From: Pseudomonadota bacterium
GTDB lineage: Bacteria > Bdellovibrionota > UBA2428
Direction of reading: 5' to 3'
DNA: 64,000 bases
Assembly (NCBI GenBank): GCA_018001635.1
Contig: JAGNHS010000006.1
Coordinates: forward strand, 2,905-66,904
The position numbers and the translations under genes were made by a program. Shown piece after piece: positions 19,989 to 29,879 of this stretch. Under the pieces are notes generated by a model, which made no database searches, was not told the origin of the DNA, and was given only the letters and a program-made list of their open reading frames with translations. Within the stretch, counting starts at the first letter, position 1, and each line of letters opens with the position of its first letter.

Positions 19989-21100
19989 AAAATCCCCTGA
20001 AAAAATATAAAGTCTTTAGGGGGAATCTCTTGTTCCATAAAGCTACTGGTGAGTTCTCGTAATAGAATGATCGGGTGAGTGATAAGGGCGTCTTGTGCCG
20101 ACCATCTTGGCACGAGGGCTAGAAATTTTGGTTTCTCCTGAGGAATTCTAAGAACTTTTAATCTTGGATGTTTTTTATAGAGTTCTTTGAGTTCTAATTC
20201 CTTTTTTCGAGAATAACTGAGGAGGCTGGGGGTCATATAATGTCGGGAGTCTTGCTCATTCAGAGGTTTGGGAACTTCAATATCGCCAGTGCTCATTCTA
20301 AAAAGCACTCGGGCTAGAGCTTTTAGCGCGGCTTGATCGTAGACTTTTAGTTTAGCATCATCACCTTTGCCCACCATTTTAGGCCCGAGGGCAACTTCCG
20401 CTAGATTTGGGTCGAAGGGTTCAAAGGATGTGAATTGAAAGCGTTGGGTGGCTACTTGCCATTTAGTTTTATTTTCGCTTAGGGCCTTGTCGACTTCACC
20501 TAGATTCATATTCTTTTGTGTGCGATTTCTAAGAACTTGAATCACGCTGGCCATCTTAGCTTGAAGTAGCAGGGAGTCTTCACTCATGAGTCCCCCAAGA
20601 TTTCGTGTTTCGCCCCAGGCCGTCAAGGCTTCAGGGAGAATGGAGGCATAGGCTGGAAATTTTTCTTGAAAAACAGAAACGAAATTTATGAATTTTTTTC
20701 GTGCTTTAAACTTTTGGCTTCGATTTTGCTCATTGTAATTAGCCCTAAGAGTTTTTTGTTGAGCTGAATTTAATTTTTCTTCGTTGCTGAGATTTTTTAA
20801 AAAATTTTCAGAATCTGAAGTTTCTATTTTGGCCTCTCGGAGGAGCGCATCAGAAGGTTTCTTTCCTTGGCTCATTTGCCAAAAAAGTTTTAAAGAAGCT
20901 TCTATTTGAGCTTCACTTTGAATGGAAGAATTTTTATTGGAATTAATAGAGTTATTGAGATTGGGTAGAGTGCTTTCATTGTTAGATTTTAAAATATTAG
21001 GGCGATTTTCTGTTTGAGCGTTGTGAAGGCTATCGGCGCTTATTGATTGACCCACTAAAAACAATGCAGACAAGGCAAAGTAGGCTTGCTTTTTACCCAT
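19985..21100 (-). CDS. hypothetical secreted protein
   Basis: Signal peptide (AYFALSALFLVGQSISA). Asn/Ser-rich N-terminal region. Confidence 0.45.
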   Translation of the reverse strand: MGKKQAYFALSALFLVGQSISADSLHNAQTENRPNILKSNNESTLPNLNNSINSNKNSSIQSEAQIEASLKLFWQMSQGKKPSDALLREAKIETSDSENFLKNLSNEEKLNSAQQKTLRANYNEQNRSQKFKARKKFINFVSVFQEKFPAYASILPEALTAWGETRNLGGLMSEDSLLLQAKMASVIQVLRNRTQKNMNLGEVDKALSENKTKWQVATQRFQFTSFEPFDPNLAEVALGPKMVGKGDDAKLKVYDQAALKALARVLFRMSTGDIEVPKPLNEQDSRHYMTPSLLSYSRKKELELKELYKKHPRLKVLRIPQEKPKFLALVPRWSAQDALITHPIILLRELTSSFMEQEIPPKDFIFFQGIL

Positions 21101-21165
21101 TTAATAATGATAACGGGAAAGCCTTTTCAAAGCCACCTAGTTGGGATTATTGTCGTTTGGCTAAG

Positions 21166-22239
21166 ATGAAAATTTTACATGTCATGCCTGCGCGATTTCC
21201 TATTCAACTTTACGGTGGCGCGGAGCGTGCTGCCTATAATTTAGCCAAAGGTTTGGCGGAATTAGGCCATGAAAACTATTTTTTGTGTTTAGAGGGAAGT
21301 GAAATTCCTTTTGCTAAAGTTATACCTTGGGATTTTTCCAAGGACTGGCAAAATGCTGTGCCTGATGGAATTGATATTGTTCAAGTCTACAATACGCCCA
21401 ATCGTAGGCCAGAATTTCCTTATTTAGTGTGTATCCAAGGTAATGGACGGCCTGGCGAACGGTTTCATGGCAACACTGTTTTTTTATCCGCAAATCATGC
21501 CAAAAGACATAATTGGACAGAGTATGTTTTTAATGGAATTGACCCTGCTGAATATCCCTTAGGAAAACATAAAAATCCTGGCCAGCTTCTATTTTTAGCA
21601 AAAGCATCTTGGCCCATTAAAAATCTCTATGGAGCTATGGATTTAACCGTTCAGTCTGGATGTCGTTTGGAAGTCTGCGGCGGTAAAGGAAGTTTATACT
21701 ATAAGATTTTTAGACCCTATGTTCATTTTAATGGCATGGTCGGTGGTGAGAAAAAAATTAAAATTTTACAAGAGTCCGAGGCTTTGTTGTTTCCTGTTCT
21801 TTGGCACGAGCCTTTTGGAATTGCGGTGATTGAAGCGATGGCTACGGGTGCGCCGGTTTTTGCCTCTAATCGCGGCAGTCTTCCCGAGTTGATTGATGAG
21901 AGCTCTGGGGCCATTTGTAATACCCGTGAAGAATTTATTGTGGCCATTAGTCGTCGGCATCAGTGGACGCCGGAGCAGTGTAGAGCGCGAGTTCTTAACA
22001 ACTTCACACATCGCCATCAAGCCGAACGCTATTTAGAAAAATACAAGATAATTATGAGTCAGGGACAATTGCGAGAGGGGCAAGCCTATTGTTCGGAAAA
22101 TTTCATTTCAGAAGAAATAAAATTAATCCCAAGACTGCGATCGACTTGGAAAATTGATTATAAATTGCTGAAGCAAAAAGAAGCTAAGATTGTGGCTCGG
22201 CGAAAGCGTGAAGACTTGCGTCTTTTAAAACCAGCCTAA
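21166..22239 (+). CDS. Glycosyltransferase family 1 (GT4-type)
   Basis: EPFGIAVIEAMATGAPV motif. The ATG at 21166 (MKILHVMPARFP) is preferred over the TTG at 21043, which would overlap the divergent gene. Confidence 0.7.
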   Translation: MKILHVMPARFPIQLYGGAERAAYNLAKGLAELGHENYFLCLEGSEIPFAKVIPWDFSKDWQNAVPDGIDIVQVYNTPNRRPEFPYLVCIQGNGRPGERFHGNTVFLSANHAKRHNWTEYVFNGIDPAEYPLGKHKNPGQLLFLAKASWPIKNLYGAMDLTVQSGCRLEVCGGKGSLYYKIFRPYVHFNGMVGGEKKIKILQESEALLFPVLWHEPFGIAVIEAMATGAPVFASNRGSLPELIDESSGAICNTREEFIVAISRRHQWTPEQCRARVLNNFTHRHQAERYLEKYKIIMSQGQLREGQAYCSENFISEEIKLIPRLRSTWKIDYKLLKQKEAKIVARRKREDLRLLKPA

Positions 22240-22701
22240 GTTTTTTAAAGCGCTTTGTGTTTCTTGGGCGTAATTTTTCCAAGACAACCATTTTAGAACT
22301 TTTACAATTTTTTGATTTTCGTCGATAAGAAATGTGACTCGATTCGCTTTACCTATGGGAAGTAAAACTTCATAATCTTTAGAAACTTTTTTAGAGTCAT
22401 CGGCTAAAATAGGAAAAGGTATTTTATGGTGCTCGGCAAATTCTGCGTGCTTAATAACGGAGTCCGTGCTGATTCCAATGACGGGAATTTTAGCTGTTCT
22501 AAAGGCTTCGAATTCATCTCGAAAGCTACAAGCTTCAGCTGTGCAGCCCATGGTAAAGTCGGCAGGATAAAAATAAAGAATAATTTTTTGCCCTTTAAAT
22601 TGTGAAAGACTTTGCTCGTGATTGTTTTGATCTTTTAAACAAAACTCAGGAGCTTGACTTCCCTCGGCTAAACCTTGACCTAAGAATGACATCAATCCCA
22701 T
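22225..22701 (-). CDS. bcp: Thiol peroxidase Bcp (peroxiredoxin, AhpC/TSA family)
   Basis: FYPADFTMGCTAEACSFRD with the peroxidatic Cys in its typical context. Its 3' end overlaps the convergent glycosyltransferase gene by 15 nt. Confidence 0.75.
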   Translation of the reverse strand: MGLMSFLGQGLAEGSQAPEFCLKDQNNHEQSLSQFKGQKIILYFYPADFTMGCTAEACSFRDEFEAFRTAKIPVIGISTDSVIKHAEFAEHHKIPFPILADDSKKVSKDYEVLLPIGKANRVTFLIDENQKIVKVLKWLSWKNYAQETQSALKNLGWF

Positions 22702-22718
22702 AAGAAAAATCTAGCAAA

Positions 22719-23960
22719 TCATTTATCGTTAGTCGTGAGTATAATTTTAGAAGCAAGCATTATTGTGAGAAGAGCAATAAGTGCAATACTTTGATTCACT
22801 TCAAGCCAATAGGCGGCGTTTGTTCCAATGATAGATCGAGGGCTGAGCGCAAGAAATAAACAAAGTGCCCAGATGTGTTTTGTATATTGAGATTTTTGAT
22901 CACAATAAAACAAGGCCGGTAAAATTATCCAAAAAAAACCATAAATGTGTTGCCATGGAAGTGGATTGATTAAGAGCGATAATAATATCCAAACTAGGGA
23001 GAGCGTGACCATAGAAGTTTGGTGCTTTTTGTATTGGAGGATTTTTAAAGTCCTAAATAATAAAAGTCCAACAAAGGGTAAGGCTAATAATAAAGAAAGA
23101 TTGGATCTTGAAGGAAGTCCTAAAAAGTGGCTGCCCATAGCAAAGAAACCTTGAAAATAAATGGAGCGATCTGAGAATGGAAAGAAACCCGTTGTGCTTT
23201 TAATTTGTTCTAACCAATTTTTCCATAAAATGGGATTTGGGAGGAGGGCCACACAAAGGGCTCCAGCAAAGAGCAACCCATATCTTTTATTTTTAAAGTT
23301 AAGCGATTGAGGGGTTAAGCCCAAGAGAGGAGTGAGCTTAAATATTCCTCCAAACATAAATAAGAATATTCCGAAAAATTCTCTAAAAATATTTTTAGGA
23401 TTTTTTAATAAGACTAAGGACCATACAATCAAGGCATAGGTGAGTTGATTGATGTTCTTGCTGTGAAACTCATTGTCGATAAATCTCAGGCTGGCTATGA
23501 GTCCAGCAAAACTTGTTAAGAGAAATAGTCTTCTTTGATTTGGGTTATTGGGAATAAATTCATTGTTAAACACATAATGAAGGGCCCAAGGAATGCTCAA
23601 GCAAGCGCTTAAATTGATAAGACCTAAGACCCAGCGAGCGTGATCTATGCTGACTAAGGCGAGGGGAGAAAAAAATAAAATTGTGATGGGAGGATATTTA
23701 AAGGGAAAGGCATCGCTGCTTAAGTAAATAGGATCACCCTGAAGCCAGCGGCTTGCGCATAGATAAAAGGCTTCGAAATCATTGTTGGAGGGGTCTTTGT
23801 AGCGACTTAAGAAACTTACAATAATGGGGAGACAAATTAAGGCCATTAGAGCGTAAAAAGGTTTTTCGTTTAAGGCTTTGTAAGGTTTCATTGAAGCAAA
23901 ATATCTCTCAGTCAATTTTCTATCACGAATCGATGGAATTTTGACTTTCTTAAGAAGCAT
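22719..23960 (-). CDS. Polytopic membrane protein, DUF2029/GT87-like putative glycosyltransferase
   Basis: At least 10 predicted TM segments. N-terminal DFEAFYLCASRWLQGDPIYL...FKYPP pattern resembles GT87/DUF2029. Confidence 0.4.
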   Translation of the reverse strand: MLLKKVKIPSIRDRKLTERYFASMKPYKALNEKPFYALMALICLPIIVSFLSRYKDPSNNDFEAFYLCASRWLQGDPIYLSSDAFPFKYPPITILFFSPLALVSIDHARWVLGLINLSACLSIPWALHYVFNNEFIPNNPNQRRLFLLTSFAGLIASLRFIDNEFHSKNINQLTYALIVWSLVLLKNPKNIFREFFGIFLFMFGGIFKLTPLLGLTPQSLNFKNKRYGLLFAGALCVALLPNPILWKNWLEQIKSTTGFFPFSDRSIYFQGFFAMGSHFLGLPSRSNLSLLLALPFVGLLLFRTLKILQYKKHQTSMVTLSLVWILLSLLINPLPWQHIYGFFWIILPALFYCDQKSQYTKHIWALCLFLALSPRSIIGTNAAYWLEVNQSIALIALLTIMLASKIILTTNDK

Positions 23961-24057
23961 TTTTCAGAGAAAGTTGAGAAAGGGTTTATTTTCCGATGCG
24001 CGTTTAACCTTTTTACGAAGGCTAAGGGTCTACATCAGGAAATAAGGGGGAAGAGCC

Positions 24058-24435
24058 ATGAATGCTCAAAATCTAGCTAAATATAAAAAGTTACTTTTAG
24101 AAAAGCGCGCGCAGATTCTTAACCGCGCTAATTCGAGATTCAAAGAAGCTCTTTCTATCAATCAAGAAGATTTAGTTGACGAGTCTGATCATGCGGCTGC
24201 TTTAATTCAGCAAGGCATGGCTATGGAAGTTCAAGAGCGCGATCGTTATGTTCTCCGAGAAATTGATCATGCTTTATCTAAAATGGAAGATGGCACTTAT
24301 GGAATTTGCGAAGAAAGTGAAGAGCCCATCGATGAAGCTCGTCTAGAAGCTCAACCTTGGACTCGATACAGTGTTGAAGAAGCCGAGAGAAGAGAGCAGC
24401 GAGCTAAGAGATACGTTAATCAAAAAGGTTCTTGA
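24058..24435 (+). CDS. DksA/TraR-family regulator lacking the Cys4 zinc finger
   Basis: DGTYGICEESEEPIDEARLEAQPWTRY matches the DksA C-terminal G-YG-C...RL-A-P pattern, but only one Cys is present. Confidence 0.5.
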   Translation: MNAQNLAKYKKLLLEKRAQILNRANSRFKEALSINQEDLVDESDHAAALIQQGMAMEVQERDRYVLREIDHALSKMEDGTYGICEESEEPIDEARLEAQPWTRYSVEEAERREQRAKRYVNQKGS

Positions 24436-24439
24436 AAAA

Positions 24440-25477
24440 TTACTTTGTAGGTTGATTTTTTAAATGCTCTAAAACTTTATTAATGGAAATGGCTTCGTTT
24501 TCTTTTTCAAGTTTCTTAGTATGACTTTTTTCAGCTAAGTTGTTGAGCAGATAAGCCAGGCGAATTCCAGCTTTAAAGAGTCGCTCTTCAATCACGGGTA
24601 AAACTTTGGCTACGTAGCGTTTATCTAGTGTAGGAATTTTTGATTTTTTGTAATTTGTTTCGTTAATTTTATGAGTGGATGGGTCTACGAATTTGCAATA
24701 AGCACGAAGTTTGGGGTCGGAGATTGCAATTTTGTCGGGATATACAACGGAGTGAAGCGCTTGGGATTCCTCAAACCAAATCTCGGGAGTGGCTGAGGAA
24801 ATTTTGTTGAGTTCTTCTGGGCTAAAAGTCTTTTCAAAGTTTTTTTCTAAATAAGCTCCGAGATATGGATATTGAAAATAACCCATAAGCTTTTTTTCTT
24901 TTTTGGCATTTTCAATGACGAGTTCCTTGAGCTCATCGACCATGGAATTGTCCCAAAGATTATGGAGATTCGTTTCCTTGCTTAGAAAGGAGTTGCGTGC
25001 TCTAAATTTAACGTCGCAAAGGTTGGCGCCACGATCGAGCCCATTGCCAATGTGCAGGGGTTGGTGCACGTCGCCCACTATGTGCACGAGATATCGAAAG
25101 AGCAGGGCTTTGTCGTTGTTGGAGAGGCTATTGTCTAAAAGTAAGTTTGGAACATTTTCAATGATGCTGGCGGCATCCTTTGGAGCGCGCTTTTCTGGGC
25201 TGATATCTTTGAACTTCATGCCTAAGGGAATTTCCAAGTAATGAAAGGGGGCAAAGTCTGCGAAGCGTTCATCAGATCGAACGAGGTCGGGCCAGACCGC
25301 TGATACGGCTAAGGGTTCGCTTCCCATAAAACTATTGATGAATCCTTTGGCTTTTGCTGTGAGGCGAGTTTCGGCTAAATATCCTACGGTAGAGTGACCT
25401 AAATCTCCCCAAGCGAAAATCTTTGCGGGAGCTAAGATTAAAAAACAGAGTGAAAGAATTCGAGTGTTTAGATTCAT
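24440..25477 (-). CDS. S1/P1-family nuclease, secreted
   Basis: Signal peptide followed by the WGDLGHSTVGYLA start of the mature protein, as in P1/S1 nucleases. Several His/Asp zinc-ligand positions. Confidence 0.65.
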   Translation of the reverse strand: MNLNTRILSLCFLILAPAKIFAWGDLGHSTVGYLAETRLTAKAKGFINSFMGSEPLAVSAVWPDLVRSDERFADFAPFHYLEIPLGMKFKDISPEKRAPKDAASIIENVPNLLLDNSLSNNDKALLFRYLVHIVGDVHQPLHIGNGLDRGANLCDVKFRARNSFLSKETNLHNLWDNSMVDELKELVIENAKKEKKLMGYFQYPYLGAYLEKNFEKTFSPEELNKISSATPEIWFEESQALHSVVYPDKIAISDPKLRAYCKFVDPSTHKINETNYKKSKIPTLDKRYVAKVLPVIEERLFKAGIRLAYLLNNLAEKSHTKKLEKENEAISINKVLEHLKNQPTK

Positions 25478-25538
25478 TTTTATTGATTATCGATCCGCTT
25501 AATTTTTGTCTATGCCAAGAATCCCTTTGTTCAATGAT

Positions 25539-25730
25539 CTATTGTGCGCGAGGAAACGGGCCTGGCTTATGAGCACCAAAATTTATTAATATCTTTAAAT
25601 TCAAAGACTAGAGCATCTTGGGGTGAGCGATGAGGCAGCGCCTCGAGCTTCAGGGGTCGCCCAAGCCGCTCTAGTTTTTGAATTTAAAGGTATATATAGA
25701 TTTCCAGGCCCGGTTCTTCGCGCACAATAG
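25539..25730. repeat. Nested long inverted repeat (about 190 bp) in an intergenic region
   Basis: Outer arms 25539..25565 and 25704..25730 (27 nt, 2 mismatches). Inner arms 25597..25614 and 25668..25685. Innermost arms cttggg/cccaag. Confidence 0.7.
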
Positions 25731-25748
25731 TTCTAGAGCGGGAGGGGC

Positions 25749-26552
25749 TTAATCCAAAGTCCAGGTGGCGCGGGCTTGCGATTTGCGGATTTGCTCTTTG
25801 GCTTCTTTGAGATAATGCTTCCAAGTTTGCTCCACAATTCTTGCAGCTTCTTTGGGATCATCGGTAACATGGAGATCGTCGAGATCCTTGGGATTGATCA
25901 TTCCATCTTTTACGAGAGTTTCTCGAATGAACTCGAGCAAAGGTTTCCAATATTTTTTCCCCATGAGAATGACGGGGAAGTCGCTGACTTTTTTTGTTTG
26001 AATGAGAGTGAGAGCTTCAAACATTTCATCGAGTGTTCCAAGTCCGCCCGGACAGATAACAAAAGCGTGAGCATATTTTACGAGCATCACTTTTCGTACA
26101 AAAAAGAAATTAAACATTTCGCTATCGTCGAGATAAGGGTTGAGACTGTCTTCGAAAGGCAATTTTATTCCCAAACCTATCGAATTGGCGCCAGCATCTT
26201 GCGCTCCACGGTTAGCTGCCTCCATAACGCCGGGTCCGCCCCCTGTAATTATGGTAAAACCCTTTTTCCCAAGTTCAAATCCCACTTTTCTTGCCATGTT
26301 GTAATAGGGTGAATCTCTTTTGATACGGGCACTTCCGAAGATAGAAACACCTTTTGAAACTCCATAAAGTTTATCTAAACCCTTGATAAATTCAGAGAGA
26401 ATTCTAAAAACGCGCCAAGTTTCTTGCTCGAGCGAATCTTCGCCGGAAAGGAAGCGAAACTCCTCTAATTTGGGTTTTTCAGAGGAGCGAAAATTTTTTT
26501 TTGATTTTTTTTGCATAGAGCTAAGTTTATCAAATGACAATTTTTTTACCAC
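25749..26552 (-). CDS. LOG-family (TIGR00730) cytokinin riboside 5'-monophosphate phosphoribohydrolase-like protein
   Basis: GGGPGVMEAANRGA and PGGLGTLDEMFE motifs. Confidence 0.75.
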   Translation of the reverse strand: MVKKLSFDKLSSMQKKSKKNFRSSEKPKLEEFRFLSGEDSLEQETWRVFRILSEFIKGLDKLYGVSKGVSIFGSARIKRDSPYYNMARKVGFELGKKGFTIITGGGPGVMEAANRGAQDAGANSIGLGIKLPFEDSLNPYLDDSEMFNFFFVRKVMLVKYAHAFVICPGGLGTLDEMFEALTLIQTKKVSDFPVILMGKKYWKPLLEFIRETLVKDGMINPKDLDDLHVTDDPKEAARIVEQTWKHYLKEAKEQIRKSQARATWTLD

Positions 26553-26706
26553 AATTAACCTATTTTCTTGGCACCACTGTCAAAATACTTGAGACTCAAG
26601 AATTGACGCCTGAGAGTTTTGACTTTTTAATCGATAGTAGGGGATATCGTTTTCGGGGATCGATTAACTAAGTTAATCAAGTAAAACGCCGGTCTCAAGA
26701 ACATCC

Positions 26707-28620
26707 ATGGGGGGGGAACTAGGGATGGCACACGGACACGTGAGTATTGTCTTGGGGGTTCAATCGGGCTTAGGTCCGATTGTTCACATCTTCGAGAGTG
26801 TCAAAAAAGGGATAGGTCTTAATCAGAACCTAAACTTTGCGACAAAAAACCGAAGCAGTGATTTTGACATCCACAACATTTTGGCACAGTTGCTCCAGAT
26901 GGATCAATTGTTGCGTCGTGAAGAAGTCGACGTCAGTTGGTCGCTTTTGGGATCTAATCCAAGAGTGGAACTACCGTTGCTTTTTTCATGTTTAGGAATC
27001 AGTCAGGAGACTGGGAACATCATGGGGCTTGAAAGTATTCAAGACACGCCCACCGATGCTCTCGTCTACGTGCCTGTGGACGTGCTTCAGTCACGTCAAA
27101 TCGAGCAACTGGCTCGTTTGACCATGATTTGTCCGCGCACACGACACGTGACCTTTGCAGCGACTCCACGATGGAATCACATGCAATTGATGGCTCTTAA
27201 AGAAACTTGGGAGTGGGTCGATCCTAAAGCGACTCAAGCCGTAACAAAGTTTGCTGAAGATATTATTCGAGCTAATGGTGGCATCACTCAGAAAGATCTC
27301 GATAAAGTGCAAACATTAATGTCGAATGGTGCTTCAGGCTCGTCTTCTGCTTCGTCTAAAGAAAAGTCTGTAGAACCTAATATCATTATGCACTCACCTA
27401 AAATGAAAGAGCTCATTCATTTGGTAGACGCTGTTGCTGATTCCGATAGCACCATTTTAGTTTATGGTGAATCGGGAACAGGTAAGGAGCTTGTTGCTGA
27501 AAGAATTCATGCACGCTCTAATCGCAATGGACATCCACTTGTGGCTGTGAATTGCGGCGCGATTCCTTCGGAACTACTTGAAAGTGAATTGTTCGGTCAT
27601 GTTAAAGGCGCATTTACTGGCGCTATTTCGAATCGTGAAGGACGTTTTCAAGTGGCAGAAGGTGGAACTCTTTTTCTCGATGAAATCGGGGAAATGGGCA
27701 CTTCTCTTCAGGTAAAACTTTTACGCGTACTTCAAACTCGTAAATTCGAACCTGTAGGTTCGACTCAAGCTATCAATGCGAATGTGAGAATCATCGCAGC
27801 GACAAATCGTGATCTCGAAGAGATGGTTCGTCAGGGCCAATTTCGCGAAGATCTTTTTTATCGCCTCAATGTGATTCCAGTTCACATTCCATCACTCCGA
27901 GAAAAGAAAGAAGATATTCCTTATCTCGTAGAGTATTTCGTGCGGAAGTTTAATTCCGAAAAGAAAAGACGGGTAACCGGCGTAACACGCGCCGCTCTTA
28001 GGGCTATGGTCGCCTACGACTGGCCAGGCAACATACGCGAATTAGAAAATCTAATTGAACGTATGGTGATCTTAAAGAGCTCAGGCATGATAGACGCGCT
28101 GGATTTTCCGGAAAAATATCGAAGGCAGACTTTGTCTGAGATCGAATACGAGGATCTGATGAATCCTCAAAGAAAAGAACAAGCGTTGCATCAAGTTCAA
28201 ACTAAAGCCACAGGGGGGGATATGGCTATGGACGATAATAACACGACCTTTAATTACAATTCTTCGTTGTTCCAAAAGAAGAACATCGAGCAAAGTGCTT
28301 CAAACATTGAAGGCACAGCTTCGATTTCTGCAAACAACGCAAGCACCATTGGTGGAGAAGACATGGTTCGCATCGAAGATGCCATTCGTATGCTTTCTGA
28401 CCGCCTTCATTTTCCTGTTGAAGGTTTAGATTTTAATTCTGTGGTCGATCAATTTGAAAATATTTTGATCCTTCACGCTCTTGAACGTACTGGTTGGAAC
28501 CGTAATCGCGCTGCAGGTCTTTTGCGTTTGAACCGTACAACATTGGTAGAAAAGCTTAAAAAGAAGCAATTGATTCCTCCAATGCATGCACAAGAGGGAA
28601 TGACTAGCGGAAACGCTTAG
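26707..28620 (+). CDS. Sigma-54-dependent transcriptional activator (bacterial enhancer-binding protein)
   Basis: Sigma-54 interaction domain (GESGTGKELVAE, GAFTGA, ESELFGH) and a C-terminal Fis-type HTH. The N-terminal region of about 230 aa is unassigned. An Asn/Ser-rich insertion lies before the HTH. Confidence 0.85.
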   Translation: MGGELGMAHGHVSIVLGVQSGLGPIVHIFESVKKGIGLNQNLNFATKNRSSDFDIHNILAQLLQMDQLLRREEVDVSWSLLGSNPRVELPLLFSCLGISQETGNIMGLESIQDTPTDALVYVPVDVLQSRQIEQLARLTMICPRTRHVTFAATPRWNHMQLMALKETWEWVDPKATQAVTKFAEDIIRANGGITQKDLDKVQTLMSNGASGSSSASSKEKSVEPNIIMHSPKMKELIHLVDAVADSDSTILVYGESGTGKELVAERIHARSNRNGHPLVAVNCGAIPSELLESELFGHVKGAFTGAISNREGRFQVAEGGTLFLDEIGEMGTSLQVKLLRVLQTRKFEPVGSTQAINANVRIIAATNRDLEEMVRQGQFREDLFYRLNVIPVHIPSLREKKEDIPYLVEYFVRKFNSEKKRRVTGVTRAALRAMVAYDWPGNIRELENLIERMVILKSSGMIDALDFPEKYRRQTLSEIEYEDLMNPQRKEQALHQVQTKATGGDMAMDDNNTTFNYNSSLFQKKNIEQSASNIEGTASISANNASTIGGEDMVRIEDAIRMLSDRLHFPVEGLDFNSVVDQFENILILHALERTGWNRNRAAGLLRLNRTTLVEKLKKKQLIPPMHAQEGMTSGNA

Positions 28621-28663
28621 TCCTTAGGGCTGCAGGCCCTAATAAATTTTGGTTCCTATGGAA

Positions 28664-28707
28664 AAGGGTTTCCAAGCAAGTTGCGCTTGGAAACCCTTAG
28701 TTTTTTA
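28664..28707. terminator. Bidirectional rho-independent terminator between convergent genes
   Basis: Perfect 14-bp stem (28664..28677 and 28685..28698) with a 7-nt loop. Preceded by GAAAA and followed by TTTTTTAT. Confidence 0.7.
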
Positions 28708-29817
28708 TGAGTCAATGTCGGCCGGGATTAATTCAGAGTCGCAGTGTAGAAGGCTTGGTGCGCTGAGGCGATGCCCGATTTCATTGGGCTTGAGTTTGAC
28801 CTGAAAAAGCAAAAAGTAATTAGGAAAAGGAATTTTTGTAAATTCCATAGTGGCTAAATACGAATCTGTGAGTTGAAAGATGTCGGCTATTTCGACTTTC
28901 ATTCTTTGAAAGAGTTCATGAAGAAAATAAATTCGGTCTCTGAGTGAACGATTGCGAAGTTCATTCTGCCAAATTCGGGATCGGGTTTGTTTAAAGAAAT
29001 TGTCTGAGTCTGTTAAAATCAAAAATCGATTTGGGTTTCTAAAAGAATCTTCAAGGTCGACAAGACCATTTCTTTGCCCGCGATTAATGTCAAGAGTCTT
29101 AATGTTAAGCAGTGCTTGTCCATGTTCGGCGAAAGAAGCCGCATAGAGTTCGGCAAATAATTTACGGAATAATTGCATCACGTGATTGGCTAAATCGTAA
29201 CTATTCATGAGTTCATTGTTTTGTAAGAAGCCGTCTAAAGTTTTTAAATGACGTGATCTTTCTTCTTTGGCAATCGTTAGGTTGGCAATAAGATCGTCAT
29301 TGTCCTCGGGTTTGCCGGGAGCATTTGAAAACAATTTAAAATTTTTATTGTATTCATGTTCTGCCAATCTTAAATTTTGTTGGGCTTTAACAATTTTGTA
29401 GTAACTTTGATAGGTCCTGGAAACTTCAAAGCCATTATTGAGGATTTCAGAATCAAAGAGCGCTTGTCCCAGTGCAGTTAGGTTGAGAATCATTTCTGGG
29501 CTTAAAGCCTTTTCGGCGTTAGGAATTCTGATTTTTTTATCTAGGGTGACCGTTAATTCACCAGGCCTCGACTGAACTGATCTGGGATTGTTCTCAACCT
29601 TTAAATAAAGATTGTTTTTAAGCTTAAAAGGTTCTGAGAGAAATAAAATATGTTCCAGCTGCCGTTGTATTAGGTGGGCTTTAGTTTTGTTGACTTCGTG
29701 AGAGGGGAAGAGAGTGTCGATAAAGGGCCTCGGGTGAGCGCTTATGGCCCTTGGGGCTAAGCAAAAAAGTATTAAGGCGCCTATGTAGCGCAATAAGGGG
29801 GGCTTCCTTAAAGTCAC
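28705..29817 (-). CDS. hypothetical secreted protein
   Basis: Signal peptide (LLRYIGALILFCLAPRAISA). No family recognised. Confidence 0.45.
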   Translation of the reverse strand: MTLRKPPLLRYIGALILFCLAPRAISAHPRPFIDTLFPSHEVNKTKAHLIQRQLEHILFLSEPFKLKNNLYLKVENNPRSVQSRPGELTVTLDKKIRIPNAEKALSPEMILNLTALGQALFDSEILNNGFEVSRTYQSYYKIVKAQQNLRLAEHEYNKNFKLFSNAPGKPEDNDDLIANLTIAKEERSRHLKTLDGFLQNNELMNSYDLANHVMQLFRKLFAELYAASFAEHGQALLNIKTLDINRGQRNGLVDLEDSFRNPNRFLILTDSDNFFKQTRSRIWQNELRNRSLRDRIYFLHELFQRMKVEIADIFQLTDSYLATMEFTKIPFPNYFLLFQVKLKPNEIGHRLSAPSLLHCDSELIPADIDS

Positions 29818-29879
29818 TTGGGATCTTTAGCATCCGAGCTCTAGTCTCATCCCCTTAATAAGCCTTAATTATTAAAAGC

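Noticed and set aside
21043-21165. TTG-initiated N-terminal extension of the glycosyltransferase ORF
   Set aside because: It would overlap the divergent upstream gene by 57 nt. The downstream ATG (MKILHVMP) gives a typical GT1 N-terminus.
26560-26585. TGGCAC hexamer (ttggcaccactgtcaaaat) as a possible sigma-54 -24 element upstream of the sigma-54 activator gene. A second TGGCAC lies at 26881.
   Set aside because: There is no matching -12 TTGC element at the required spacing. The second copy lies inside the CDS.
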